Shown in pieces: positions 40,800-55,310 of a DNA stretch of 64,000 bases (the first letter of the stretch is position 1; the number at the start of each line of letters is the position of its first letter). Below the pieces are notes generated by a model. That model was given only the letters and a program-made list of their open reading frames with translations. It was not told where the DNA came from and made no database searches. This DNA is from Octopus sinensis (lineage: Eukaryota). Made by a program: the position numbers and the translations under genes. Where the stretch lies: the NCBI RefSeq assembly GCF_006345805.1, contig NC_042999.1:87358001-87422000 (forward strand). Direction: 5' to 3'.

Positions 40800-41330
40800 A
40801 AGCCACCTATTCGTCTTCTCCGCCCCACTATCTCTGTAGGAGTTGTGGAGGAGGAAGAGTCCTCAGGCATCTCCTCCATAGGATCCTGTCAGAAATAACC
40901 GTCATTACACTTTCCGGTTGAATTTTCAAGTGTGACCAACTGAGATCATGGATGTTATTTCAACCTACTCATTCTTGGCTTACTCCGACGTCTCCTGCCG
41001 GTTGGCTCAGCTTGAAGAATACGTCGTTCAATTCTTTCCCGCAACATTTTCATCCCATGTTCATATTACCTTTCAATGCAGAGAAGTAGTGGCTCGACCT
41101 GGAGATGTTCCCTGATCTCCGAGTTTCGCAGCCTGTCGAGGAATGTTACTCTCGTGATTCTTCAGAAGACAGGCATAAAAACCGAAATGAACTCTGTGTT
41201 TTGCTTTTTTTTTCCCCAAGTCTCCTCTTCTAAGGATCGAATGTTGGAGCTGATGCATTTCTGTGACTGCACCTGCAATTGTAGCGTCCACTTCACCACC
41301 CCCTTGCTTCCCAATCACTCGTCTAATATA
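40800..41330 (-). mobile_element. RTE-clade LINE 3' fragment
   Basis: The reverse strand reads approximately TFLDRLRNSEIREHLQVEPLLLCIER...ERIERRILQAEPTGRRRRSKPR...DRILWRR, typical of the RTE ORF C-terminus. Confidence 0.7.
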
Positions 41331-42163
41331 TAGTTATTAGAAGCCGAAACTTTATAAATTGTAAATCCAAGTTTCAACTTCCAATAAACGTTAAACTTTA
41401 GTGTTGAGTATTTATTTTATTCCTCTTCTTTATTGCATTGCGAAGGAATTCGAATGTTTTATGTTATTTATTTCTTAATATAAATGAACATTTTTTGCAA
41501 AAACAGGCATATTCATATCACATATTCAAGACTCCAATTTTATTGATCAGCTTTATCGAATACGAAAGACAAAGCCCGATCTATTGGGATCCGAACGCTA
41601 AGATGTGAGCCTTCAAACCAAATATCAAGATAAAAAGAAAAAGAAAGGAAGAAAAAAACAAAAACCAAAACAAGATAAAGAAACAAAGAAACAAAAATTC
41701 AATTCTCAAATAATTTTCCCTCTGGGATTCAAAACCAGAAGTCACGAAACAGTTGTGCACTTTCTAGACAAAAATCAATAAATGAATATCACATCATATT
41801 TAAGAATTTCCATTTTTATTTTGAAAACCTGTTCAGCTGGGATGAATATTTTTTGTTTCTAATATTTTTATATTTTCATGCAGATCATATTCTATTTCTC
41901 TGCCTTGATAATACATCGATTCAAGATTTTCTTAGTACTGGGCTATCGTGGTTTTCAGTAGTCATCAGAATAAATCGAAATTTATCCGAGCATTCATAAT
42001 TACAGCGTCAGTATTAATGAATGCTGAGAACAGTCGCAATATTTACTGATTGGGTGGTTAGATTCACAATGTGATATACACGATGATTTACAGAATCTAT
42101 GTGAATAATTTTCTTCTCACACTTATAGTTGTCAGTAATATACATATGTAGGGGGTAGACTAA

Positions 42164-42242
<79 letters not shown>

Positions 42243-42261
42243 TAATAATAACAATGACAAT

Positions 42262-42476
42262 AACCCTTTCTACTATGGGCACAAGGCTTGAAATTTGAGG
42301 GAAGGGGAGTAGTCCATTAAATCGACCTCAGTGTTTCACTGGTACTTAATCTATCGACTCCGAAAGAATGAAAGGCAAAGTCGACCTCGGCGGAATTTGA
42401 ACTCAGAACATGAAGACAGACGAATTGCTGCTGAGCATTTCGCCCGGCTAGCTAACGGTTCTGCCAGCTCGCCGCC
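42262..42476 (-). mobile_element. tRNA-derived SINE, family A (partial copies ~40296-40640, ~45185-45388, ~23417-23553)
   Basis: Shares the ggcggcgagctggcagaa...gaggtcgactttgcctttcat core with 53521-53751. Confidence 0.8.
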
Positions 42477-42491
42477 TTTTTGATAATAATA

Positions 42492-42523
<32 letters not shown>

Positions 42524-42580
42524 TAATAATAATATATTATTATTATTAATAATAATAATAATATTATTATAATAATAATA

Positions 42581-42645
<65 letters not shown>

Positions 42646-42700
42646 TGATAACATCGAAAGATACCTTAGGAATAAGAACCCTGGTTCGAAATTTCCCCAA

Positions 42701-42746
42701 GATACCTGAAGAAGGCTGGAGGGTATATCAGCCGAAACGTTGTGTT
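42701..42746 (+). ncRNA. Minimal type I hammerhead motif in a Penelope-type terminal repeat
   Basis: GATAC-CTGAAGA-A-GGCTG-(10 nt)-CAGCC-GAAA-CG-TT-GTGTT, with stem III reduced to the AACGTT palindrome. Confidence 0.65.
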
Positions 42747-42829
42747 AACAACGAACAAGATGAGGACAAATATCCGTCGAATGTAAATAATGTACATAAT
42801 TTCTCATCTCTTAAATATAGAACTAAACT

Positions 42830-45185
42830 CTGGACTCCTATAACAACAGAAGAGAGGTCACCCAGGTACTGCAATAACTAAGCAACTAGAAGGCACCCGG
42901 GCACGACAAGATCCCCAACTTCTGGTTAAAATATCTAACAGGAATACAAAACGTTGGCTGAGAAGTTTAATGAAATACTAGCAGAGCCAGAGACAGTGCC
43001 TGAATGGCTTACAGAAGGGAAAACTATCTTAATTTCCAAATCCACTGAAACGGCAAACCCACAAATTGCAGATCCATAACTTGTCTCCCTACAATTTACA
43101 AAGCCTTTACTGCAATAATATCGCAGAGAATGGGAGAACATCTGGAAGAAAACAACCTGTTCTCAGAAGAGCAGAAAGGATACTGCAAGGGCTCATACGG
43201 ATGTAAAGATCAGCTCTTGATCAATATAGCCATAACTGAAGACAGTCGTAGGAAAGAGAAGGATCTAAGCATAGCTTGGATTGATTATTGAAAGGCTTTT
43301 GATAGTATTCCTCACACATGGATTTTTGAAACACTAGCCATGAACAAGGTAACAATCATAAAATATACAAAACATTCTATGAATAAGTGGCAAACAGTGC
43401 TATAGCTCCAGACGAAAGAGGGACTCATAAAAAACCAAATCATCCCCATTAGAAGAGGTATATTCCAGGGAGACACGCTCTCTCCACTCCTTTTCTGCTT
43501 GACACTGACACCTTTATCTGATATGCTAATCAAAACTGGATGTGGATACAACTGTTACAGTAAGGCAATCAACCATCTCTTGTATATGGAAAATTTAAAA
43601 CTATGCTGCAAATGATAAACATCTGGAAACATTACTACTAGGCAGTACATGAATTTACCAATTAAATAAACATGAAATTTGGCTTTAAAAATGTGCCAGA
43701 GCAACCTTGAAAAGAACACTAGTTAAGAGTAGCATCACACTAGATAAAGCAAATGAAATAAAAGAATTAGACCAAAGCCAGACATACAGATACATAGGAA
43801 TCGATGTACTAGACTCGATACAATATACACAAATGTAAGAGAAGATAAAAAAGGAATACAATATACGAGTTAGACTAATACTGAAAGCAAATTTCAATGC
43901 GAAAAACAAGATAAGTATCAACACTATAGCCGTCTCAGTTATAAGTTACAGCTACAATATTCTTAACTAAGCTAAACTAATCAAAATAGACAGGAAAACA
44001 AGAAAAATAATAACAGGATTCAGGATGCATCACCCAAAATCTGACATAAAAAGGTTACATATACAACGTATTGAGAGGCTATATACAGCTAGAAAACTAT
44101 TACAAAATAAACACCATAGTATTACAGAAATTCCTACATCAGAAGCAAAGAAAACTGATACAAATATCCATAAAACACGAACAAAACAAAAAGCTGTTTT
44201 CTGAAAAATACAAAAAAAAAAGAAGTCATAGTACCTAACAGTTATGAAGAGTAAGAAGAAACAGCAAAAGCTGTAAAACAACTGAAATACAAACTAAAAC
44301 TGGAACAGTAACGTATCATGATAAATTGATGGCAAAAAAACCTCTACATGGCAAATATTGGGTTAAACTAAACAGAAAAGAAATAGACAAAGCAAACTCT
44401 CAACAATGACTGAGAAGCCCAGGACTCAAAGCAGAGACTCAAGGATTTCTAATTGCAGCACAAAATCAAAGCCTTCCCATCTGAAATCGTCAAAAATATA
44501 TAACGAAAAGAAATACAAGTAACTGCAGAATATGTGGTGATGGAGAAGAAACAATAAATCATATTGTCTCTAGCTGCTCAGTCCTGGCAAAGAATGAATA
44601 TATTCACAGAAACGATAGACTTGGAACCTATATACACTGGAAGTTATGCCAACACTGTGGAATAACAACAGAAAAAAGTTGGTATAGGCACACCTCAGAA
44701 AAGGTCACAGAAAATGAGAAAGCAACCATACACACATATAGAAAAATCAAGACTAAAAGGCCGGATATAGTTATCAGAGATAACCAAGAAAAAAAACTTT
44801 CTAATTGATGTTTCAATACCAACAGGTAACAATGTTTCTCTAAAAGAAACGGAGAAACTTTCAAAATACAAAGATTTGGAAATAGAGGTAACTCGAATGT
44901 GGAGCCTAAAAACAAAAGCAATTCCTATTATAGTAGGCGCATTAGGTATGATAAAAAATATTCAGACAGATATAAAACAAAAACTTCAGGATTTACAAGT
45001 ATATATAGCATACAGGAAATAGCACTACTAGGCACCTTATCCTACGTAACACACTTTCAATACAGTGAAAATAGAAGCTCCACAATAATCACAGCACATA
45101 CCCAAGGCACGCTGACCTGCGCACGGTAGTGCAGTGAAAGCACGTGATAAAAATAAGATTACTGAATAATAATTATGATAATAAT
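42830..45185 (+). mobile_element. 5'-truncated degenerate R4/Dong-clade RLE retrotransposon ending in (AAT)n
   Basis: Broken frames encode [K]APGHDKIPNFWLK, ITCLPTIYK, EEQKG..KGSYGCKDQLLIN, AWIDY.KAFDSIPH, RRGIFQGDTLSPLLF, the knuckle CRICGDGEETINHIVSSC and RLE RPDIVI...IDVSIP...EKLSKYKDL...IPIIVGALG. The 3' UTR ends in aataataat. Confidence 0.88.
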
Positions 45186-45632
45186 CCTTTCTACTATAGA
45201 CACAACACCTGAAATTTTGGGGAGGGGACTAATCGATTACATCGACCCAGTATTTTACTGGTACTTGATTTATAGACCCCGAAAACATGAATGGCAAAGT
45301 CGACCTCGGCGGGATTTGAACTTAGAACATAAAGACAGACGAAAAGCCGGTGAGCATTTTGCCCAGGGTGCTAACCATTCTGCCAGTAATAAGCACATCA
45401 AGAATTTTGGAGCTCTATCAAACTTAAAGTGATCCAGAAAATAGCATTGTTGGGTTCAGCTCGTGTCCTAAGGAATTTTTTGTCTCCTTGAGACACAGGT
45501 TTGAAACCTTTGGTAATTTGTTATTACCGGCTTTCAAGTAAAGAAAAACCCTGAACTAAGATTTACCCGAGTGTTAGTGAATGATAATGATGATGATGAT
45601 AATAATAATAGCAATAATAATAAATTTTATGC

Positions 45633-45665
<33 letters not shown>

Positions 45666-46772
45666 ATATAAGAAGGTATCTCAGGAATTATGTTCCTGTG
45701 CATGGTATCTTTGGCAAATATGCTTTACTGTCCCCTTACAGTAAACCCATACCTTGAGTAAAATTGCATAGAAGCGGAAACTGTACAGAAGCCTATCGTA
45801 TGAGCATTCAATGTTCAAGCACTCTCACACTCTGTTACGATAATTCTGCTTGAGTATTACATTTAGAGGACAAGTGTGTGTGTGTGGGGGGATACTCAGC
45901 CATTCTGCATGGTGGTTAAACAGTTAAATTGTTGAGTTGACCGAACATTAGCACATTTATCCGCCGTTCTCAGACAAGAGATCCATCATCATGTTCACAC
46001 ACACACGTACACACAGACGCATGCACACACACACACACGCACACGCACACACGCACACACACACATACACACACACTTGCAGACACATATATAATATAGA
46101 ATAGTTATTTTATAGAAGCGACGAGAATATAAAAAGTTTAGTCTACTGACTTAATGCATTAATATCAAAGAGATAGGAAATATTCATTTCTCTGTGTCTA
46201 TACGTTAATGAAAAAACGTCTAATACAATGTAATATAAAGTCAAATCAAAGTATAGAGATATGCGTAATATTTTTTCCAGCAAGACGAAATATCTTTTCA
46301 TATACAGAATTAAGGAAAGTGTTATTGTATTTTCGCGAATGTATTTTAATAAAAAAGTATCATAACGATATATTAGACATGACATTTTTCATTGTTTAAC
46401 ACCATTATACATTTAATGAATCTTTTTGAATGGACATGGTAAAGTTTGTTATATGAAAAAAAAAAAAAAAAATGAAAAGAATCGCTGAATAGAAATATGT
46501 ATTTCTTAAAAATTAATGTTTACGTTATTTTGGTAACCAGAGAGTTTCATTTTCACATGGTGAATCCTGCGGCATCTTAAACAGAGAATTTGCACTCAGA
46601 GAGTTCTCTGAGTATGTAAATGAGAAATAATTATTTAAATGAAATTTCAGAAATGGATAACAAAACTGATGAGACAAATTCTAACTTGTCAGATGTAATC
46701 ATGTTAGTAAAATTGATATTAACGGAGCATGTTTATATCTATCGACACTAGAAGAAAGGAATTTCTACTCAC

Positions 46773-46954
46773 AAGTTGCTGCCACTAGTCGAGGTAGATA
46801 TTCTTTCCAGAAGGCACATTCCTTGGCTCTCAAGCCTTTACCAGTCAATAAGTTATGCACGTTATCAGCATTCAAATATAGGTACTCTTTTTGTGCAGCT
46901 GTGTGAACTGGCCATTCTTGTAAATTTTGTTCACCCCAATTTTTGTTAGGGTCC
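46773..46954 (-). CDS. ACHE: Acetylcholinesterase, last catalytic-domain exon: (G)DPNKNWGEQNLQEWPVHTAAQKEYLYLNADNVHNLLTGKGLRAKECAFWKEYLPRLVAAT
   Basis: Cholinesterase C-terminal signature GDPN...WP.H...EYL.L...G.GLRA..CAFW..YLP.LVAAT. Acceptor gtttctttattccag|G and donor ACTT|gtgagt; 182 bp = 1+180+1 (phase 2 in, phase 1 out). The AChE call, as opposed to another cholinesterase-family member, is supported by the T exon. Confidence 0.93.
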
Positions 46955-47759
46955 CTGGAATAAAGAAACATTAATAATTATATTAAATAAAATAGAATAA
47001 ATATATACATAGATAAATCAATAAATAAAAAAAAATCTATCTTCAGAAGGTTTCAAAGTTGTACAGTCTTTCAGTGCGTTCACTCTGAGGACCAAGTGGT
47101 TAGGACCGTGTGTGACACCTCGCAAATGTGTGTCAACGTAGGTGTAGGAAAACCTCTCTACGCGAACATATGGATTAATACGAGACTGTAGCGTTGGTAT
47201 TACAAAGTCTAGTCGCTGCTGTCGTGGTTCATCTGCAGTTGATTACAGCATTGACTTTTCGACAGTCTGCCTAGTTAGGAAGTTTGGGCGCGATCACATG
47301 AATGTTACGCTGTTACTTCTGTGTCTTGTGATTTGAAACTCTTGCATAAATGCAGTTAAAAACTTAGTGGAGCTGTTTTTGTGCTGTTTATCTTTGGATT
47401 CATGTAGCGTTTGTATGGCGGCAGTCAAGGGATTGTTGATGCATGACACCCCCATTCAGTCTTGCATTAATGGGATCGAACAGGAGTGGGCTTTCCTCAC
47501 ACTGGCTGCTGCTCACAATTGACAATGCAGCAGATGCTTCCTCGGATATGAACTTAGAGTATCCCGGTTTAAAGCTAAATCCTCATTCGATTAACGTTGC
47601 CATCATTGGTAATGTTGAGCAGATCTAACTATAATACATCCCAGAACTTTATCAAAAACCCCGCTGACACCTCTTACAGTCAATCCTGGCTGGCATAATA
47701 TTTGAGAGGCATTAACAGGCATACATACATACATACATACATACATACATACATAGATA

Positions 47760-49139
47760 AAGAGGGCGATGGGTAAATTGTCTCTATTTTATACTTTTAT
47801 AATCTTGCACGTGCACATCTAAACAGTATAGTTGGGTCAGTTGGGCACCGTCTAGGAGAAAAACAGCCCCATGACGCAATACACTCTGCCAGAAATTTGG
47901 AAACGACATGCTGTACTGCTTGGCATTCGTGCTGGAAGCTCCAATACGAACATGTACCAAGAGAGTGGTGGCTGGTAGATAAAATTAGTGGGAGTGCTGC
48001 TTCACAAAATTTTTAGCCGTTGTTTTAATAGTGTGTAAAAGGAAACAAACATATAAAAAGAAAGTTTGTACATAAACTTGATCGGTTCACGTTTTAGCAC
48101 AAACACATGCGGGGTCAAAAAGAAACACTACCTTTCACTCGGCACTATCGTTCACGCAGTGCTGTCTCTCCCTTATGTGAAGCTTCCTATCTCAGACATG
48201 TGAGCATGCGCACAACGGTTAAACACCGCGTTGTTGGAACTGTGAAGCGCACAGTTCTATACAAGGACTTTTGTATTTTTTTCATAAACTAGAGGATGGC
48301 TACTAACATTAAGCTTAAGGATTATATAATGTACAAGTATAAAGAAAGAATTAAAGAAAAAAGGACTCATTATATTGAATGTTATCGATAATATCGAGTG
48401 GAAGTGGGGGGTGCTGCAGTTCCGCAGTTCTTATACACGAACCGCCGCTGACCGAAAATAATAAAAACCAAACGTCTAGTCAACATCATGGTATTTGGAG
48501 TCATCAGTAGTGATGGCGATGTTATGTTTCCATTCATCTTCCCATACGGTCTCAGACTCAACAAGGAGGCCTACATCAAGTGTGTGGAGGAGGTAGTGCT
48601 GCCCTGGGTGAAGAGGGCTGCTGTTGGAAGATCCTATATCTGGAAACAGGACTCTGTACATTTCCTATGTCTGGAAACAGGACTCTGCACATTTCCTATG
48701 TCTGGAAACAGGACTCTGCAACAGGACACACAGACAGGAGAACCCAGTCATTGCTGTCAGACAATTTCTGCGACCGCATCACCCCTGACATCTGGCCACC
48801 TAACTCCCCAGAGTGCAACCCCCTTGATCATTATATGTGGGACGTAGTTGAGCGAGAAACCAACAAAACTCTTTATAACACCAAAGATGAATTGACGGCA
48901 AGGATTACGGCAGCATTCACCAACTTAAATAAGGAGAATATCCAGAAGAGTTGCAGGAGATTCCGAAGTCGTCTAGAGACATGGGTTGAAGCCAATGGCG
49001 ATTTTATTGAATAAATTTACTCTTTAGTATTTCAAGATACTTTTATGTACTTTTGCTAAATATAACTGTTAAAATGAGATGTGAGAGTCATTTTCATTTT
49101 TGCATAATTAAAACGATAGTCTATTCATCGCACACCGTA
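47760..49139 (+). mobile_element. Degenerate maT (DD37D) Tc1/mariner transposon, with unrelated sequence at ~47960-48435
   Basis: Start MTQYTLPEIWKRHAVLLGIRAG; VMVFGVISSDG; QDS...WPPNSPECNPLD with 37 residues between the two Ds. Right end ...ctattcatcgcacaccgta. The left boundary is uncertain. Confidence 0.75.
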
Positions 49140-49140
49140 A

Positions 49141-49182
<42 letters not shown>

Positions 49183-49191
49183 ATGCGCGTG

Positions 49192-49227
<36 letters not shown>

Positions 49228-49745
49228 TGTATGTATGTATGTATGTATGTATGTACGTACGTACGTACGTACGTATGTATGTATGTATGTATGTATGTAT
49301 GTATGTATGTATGTATGTATGTATGTATGTATGTATGTATGTATGTACGTACGTACGTACGTACGTATGTATGTATGTATGTATGTATGTATGTATGTAT
49401 GTATCTATCTATCTATCTAATTTTGCATCCAAATGTGAAAAGAATCTTCTGGAAGCTTTTAGTAAGCCCATGTAAACCCTGACGTTCGAGTCCTGTTAGA
49501 GACATTCTCATTTGCGATCGGAGCTTATGTGCCATTTGACCCACGTTTATACGAATGCTACAACTCTCCAAACGAGACTCCATCGAATGACACAGTTTCG
49601 TGGATCGGACGGTAACATTTTTTTATAATTATAAAGCGCGGCAAGCGTTTGGCCGGCGGTAACCAACCAAATTGAATCGCTGTGTTTTGGTTGTATACGA
49701 AAGAAAAAAAATAAGCATTCAATATACATGTAACACATACATACA

Positions 49746-49791
<46 letters not shown>

Positions 49792-52620
49792 GCACAAGAT
49801 TTTCCTACAAGTGAGATTTGTTATAAATGGGAAATTAGATACAGTTGCTAGTAGTCAAGCGATGAACGTTAGGAAAATAAATATTAAAAAAAAGTCTTAT
49901 GTAGTCTGAGATTTGTATCACATTTACAACGATATAAAGATTTGTGTAGATAACCTTTTCAGCCTGTGTTTCCTATGTTACGCTTATGTAATGATTGTAA
50001 GAATTTGATTGTAATCATATCTAGCAAACTCTGACCAATTTTTTATAGAGCTTAATTCCATTTCTCGGTGTGAAAAGGTTGAGAAAAATATTTCCTCTTA
50101 GATAGGACGCCAGTGCACCTCAGCCAATTTTCTCAGAGGCTCTGACACGTATTCTCGCGAGTTTAGTGGAATATTAGTGCACTACATATCATTTAATTGT
50201 TTCAGTCATTAAATTGCGGTCATGCTGGGGCACCGCGCTGGAGGCTTTAGACAAACAAATCAACTCCAGAACTTATAATTTTTTAAAACCTGGAACTTAT
50301 TTTATCGGTTACTTTTTGCCGATGCGTTAAGTTAGAGGGTTACGTAAACAAACCAACACTGGTTATTACGTGGTGGTGAGGGACAAACAAATAAAGATAC
50401 ACACATACGCACGCGCACACACACACACACACAGAGAGCACGCTCTTTTCAGTTTCCGCTTGCCGAAGCCTCACAAGGCTTTGGTCGGCCTGGGGCTATA
50501 GTAGAAGATACTTGCCGAAGATATCACGTTGTGGGCTGAACCTAGAACCATGTGGCTGAGAAGCAAATTTCTTACTACATAATCACGACTACGCCAATAT
50601 ATTTTTTACCACACTCCTACACTATTATACAAAACATTATACAAAATTTGACGCCCTGCCTATCGTATATTTTACTCCTCACTAACACTTCTATTCACTA
50701 GGCTTTCAGTTCAGAAACAGTCTGATGATTTCATTATTTTACACTTACAAAGAAATATCTCGAGCTCCCTGTTACAGCTCCAACTTTCAATTCCTTTGAT
50801 TTATCTGTGATATCGTATTTAATTTTATTTTTAAACCTTTAGCAGTTTACTCTTATTATATTAACATCCACAGCTTCTTGTTTTATAGTGCTGTAAATCT
50901 TACATATAATGCTTTGATGGCTGAAACGCATATACTGCGGAACTCTGATGGAGAAGTAGTTTCTTTTAATGTGACATTTTTAACGTATTTCTCGTAAAAT
51001 CCCCCATGAATTTTAAAATGCTAGTGCATTCAGAAGTTAAACTGTGTTCAAAATAGATGTACGTAGGGTAGGCTTGAAGATGATAGGGGAAATAAAAATA
51101 TATCTCATCAACTTTACCGACCACCCTCCGGTGTGGGTGGGGATCAAGGGTAACCCTATTCATACCCATACCTACATCATCAACTGCAACTCCTTCACAA
51201 ATAATCCAGATTATTTGTTATGTATTTATGACACCTAAATGTATGAAGGTGTGTTGAATTTAGTGAATTGCTGAAGTATACAACAGAATGCTAGCAATCG
51301 ATTTGAACCCCCGTTCTATGAGTCGCCAGTCCATAAACATATCTGATTAATTTACTTCTACGTAGGCTTCATGTTTCCTAGTCAATATCTGATGAAAGAA
51401 TTCGCACTCGCCCCCATTAATCCATTCGTTACTTTTCCTGTAATCCGGTATTCCGAGTTGACAGAGACCTGCAACGTATACCGTAAGCCATTCTCTCCGA
51501 CAATCTATGACTCTGTCAATTAGCCGCTTATTCAGTAATTTCATTGAATCTTACTTTGGAGAAGCTGTTGACTATGTGCCATTTGGAAATAACGGTATCC
51601 GTTTTTATGTTAGAAGTTTAAGAACAGTTACAGGTGGCCTAACTTTGATCATATGATGGCTACTGTTATTTATTGTGATTAATACAAGAGATTAACTTAC
51701 ATTATTGAAACGAATAGAATAAGCAAATCTAGAGAGCCAAGCTTCGATAATGATTTCAAATAACTTCTGACTCAGGTGCAGGTCATGAATGTTGAAGGGG
51801 AGAGAGAGTCGGTTAAAACGCTGACAGTATTTGACTGGTACTTTATTTTGTCGACCAGTATACTTTAGTGGTACTCCATATTTTCGACCCCTGGAGGGTG
51901 AAAGAAAAAGTTGGCCTCGGCAAGATTTGACTTTAGCAAAAACATTCTATTCGATGTTATAATGACTCAACCAATCAAATTTTCAAAGATAAACTCAAGA
52001 TCATAGATTTTTGGAGACGGGAACAGTCGGTTATATTGACGTATCAGTGCTTGAATCAGATAAGGAAAACATCTACTGCGACAAGATTCGAAGTTAGAAT
52101 GTAAGGTCCTTTAATCAAGTAATTTACTATTTCTGCTAATCTATCACAGAGTATTTTAGTCAATCGTCTTTTCCACAACCATCGAAGCACTGTGCACACT
52201 GGATTTGTAAAACGGAAGAAGAGAATAAAAATGCAACGCGCATATCAAAATAAAACGGAAGAATAATAAAAACGCAATGCAAATGTCAAACAAGTTATGA
52301 TGCTCTGCATGTAACGTCAGACACCACTATCACGAATTTTCTTGTTTTTCTCATACTAATTTACTTAGAGGATTGTGCATGATTGATAGTCTGATAAAAC
52401 GACGAGCCCATGAGCTATTATTATTTACTCCAGTTTGATGGATACAAGGTAAACTTTAAAAAAAATTTAAAAGGCATCTAGTACGACACTTTAAAGTTCT
52501 TGCTATTTATTGCAATCCTCTTCCTCCTTATTTTCCTTATTCTCCTCCTCATCCTACGAAGACCACTACCAGTACGACGACGACGACGACCACCACCACG
52601 ACCACCTCCACCCCCACCAT

Positions 52621-52660
<40 letters not shown>

Positions 52661-52670
52661 GCTGCTGCTG

Positions 52671-52708
<38 letters not shown>

Positions 52709-52730
52709 GCTGCAGCTGATGCTGCTGCTG

Positions 52731-52853
<123 letters not shown>

Positions 52854-53520
52854 TTCAGCGGTTAAAGCGACAACAATTACTTTCTCTGTTTGCTTCACCC
52901 ACTGACGAAGGACGAAATACCGAAACGTTAAATTCTATCTTCATATCAATCGAACTTATTGCACATTTCTAAAAAATTTTGTCCTGTGGAATAATTGTTG
53001 ATAAAACAGAAAAACAGACAATCAGTGAGTGCTTCGGATTCTCTATTTTCACACTAACGATGTGTTAATTGATAGACAGCATGAGATATAGCGTGTTTAG
53101 TTGTTTGGAAATGTTTTCATAGTTAACCCAAGATTTCACATTCTAATTAAGAACAATAATACACAAACAAGAACGATATTCCAAGTGCAAAGGCAAGACG
53201 AAAAGCATAGATTTGATGAAGAATGGTGAGAACAAAAGAATGAGAGAGAGGGGAATATGAAAACAGCAAAGATGGCAAAATGGATGTGAAGCACTGATGT
53301 CGTTTCGGGGGAAAAAAGAAAGGAATGATATAATGCTAATCATATCTATTTTGAGATACTTTCTCACTCAGTGCAGCTTTTTTCCCCCAAAATATCTACT
53401 TTTAACGCAGCGTTTGTTTATATTTCTGTTGGTTTTAACATACTTAATGCATGGGACATTAAAATGTAAACAAGAGATATCTATGGAGTATAGAGAAAAA
53501 CAATATTGGTCAATGATAAA

Positions 53521-53751
53521 GGCGGCGAACTGGCAGAAACGTTAGCACGCCGGGCGAAATGCGTAGCCGTATTTCGTATGTCGTTACGTTCCGGGTTCAA
53601 TTTCCGCCGAGGTCGACTTTGCCTTTCATCCTTTCGGGGTCGACAAATTAAGTACCAGTTACGCACTGGGGTCGATGTAATCAACTTAATCCCCTTGTCT
53701 GTCCTTGTTTGTCCCCTCTGTGTTTAGCCCCTTGTGGGTAGTAAAGAAATA
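53521..53751 (+). mobile_element. Full-length young tRNA-derived SINE (family A) with a perfect 19-bp target-site duplication
   Basis: A-box-like TGGCAGAAACGTTAG and B-box-like GGTTCAATTTCC. TSD aatattggtcaatgataaa at 53502-53520 and 53752-53770. Confidence 0.92.
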
Positions 53752-54207
53752 AATATTGGTCAATGATAAATATTTATTACTATTATTTTTGGGCAATTTT
53801 TTTTCAGTTCTGGTGTTTCTGTCATGTAGCCCTATTTCATTCTGACCCAATATACGCACATTCAAAGCAGTGACTGTGCCGTGTTGTTTATTTTCAAGTC
53901 ATGTCTAACTGAGCTGGACAATGATAAAAAGTAATCTAGGTTTCTAAGAAAAAAATTATTCAATATATTCTTTCTTTTTTACGTTTTTAAGGAGGTAGAG
54001 GGAAATTTGGCTCTTATTTTCAGCTGTTAGAACACATGTATCCCATTTTCATGAGGAAATGCAGAACTATATTATGCAAGGTGTTATTTTCCTAGTTTAG
54101 GTAGAGTTGAGGGATATGTGGTTGCTATTTCTTGTAGGTCAAGCTATTTTGTACAGGACCTCTTACGAGTTCGTAAAAATGAAGGTAATATGAGCTCGTG
54201 TGCGTGC

Positions 54208-54290
<83 letters not shown>

Positions 54291-54433
54291 CGAGAGAATA
54301 CGTGGGAAAGGACAGAGTATGAAAGACAGAGTGAAAGAGGGAGAGAGAGAGAAATAAACAGAAAGGGAGAGAGAAGGCGTGGGAGAATGAGTGAGGTAGG
54401 TTAAGAGATAGGATGATAGATAGTGTGTTTGTA

Positions 54434-54470
<37 letters not shown>

Positions 54471-54485
54471 ATGCATGTGTGTGTA

Positions 54486-54526
<41 letters not shown>

Positions 54527-55310
54527 AGGAGAGGGAAAAAGAGTGAGAAACGTGAGGAATGAAGCCAATAAAATGTCAAAGGAAATGGTGGTAAGGGGAG
54601 AGGTTGAAAGGATAGCAGCATGAGATGAAACGATTAAAGAGAGCCACATATAAATAGAATGATGGAAGGATAGATAAGAGCAAAACGAAAATAAGCTAAT
54701 GAACGTATATAAACGGGAAAGAAACAATGGCAAAGATGTTAACCAAGTACTGCTTACAAGCAGAACCGTTGTTTTGATATACAGCGTGGATTTATAACTG
54801 TTGATAAGATTTGTTCTAAAATTTATTTATTCATTTCTAAGGTTTAGTTCCATTATTCTGTGATAGAAGCAGGGCAAGTAGAAATTTCGTGCTTTATAAA
54901 AGTTTTGTTTTTTCGGAGGTTTACTTACTAGACAAGTGACTTGATTTGAGACTGTGTAACTAAAACAATTGCAAGCGATGAAGACATATATTTGTCGTTC
55001 AAAAACACACAAAGACTGTTAAATTTCATGTTTATTTGTATCGGATATTTCCATTATGTCCTCTGTTTCCTCCTATAGTTAAAGCTAGTCTCATATTTGA
55101 ATATATTTCATTAAGCTAAAGATTTCGATAATGTCTCATTTCGTTCCATAGTTATTTAGTGTCGTTTAAAGCCCAACTTTCGAACATATTTCATTATGTT
55201 ACAAATTTAGTTCCATAATTAAAAGTTATTTAAAGTCTAACAGTCAATATTGTTTTATCATGTTAAAAATTACGATTATATTTCTGATTTATTTCCATAT
55301 TTAAAGTTAT

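Noticed and set aside
52905-52940. CTGACGA-A-GG...CC-GAAA-CG-TT hammerhead-like motif
   Set aside because: Stem I cannot form and stem II is only 2 bp, so it is a decayed relic.
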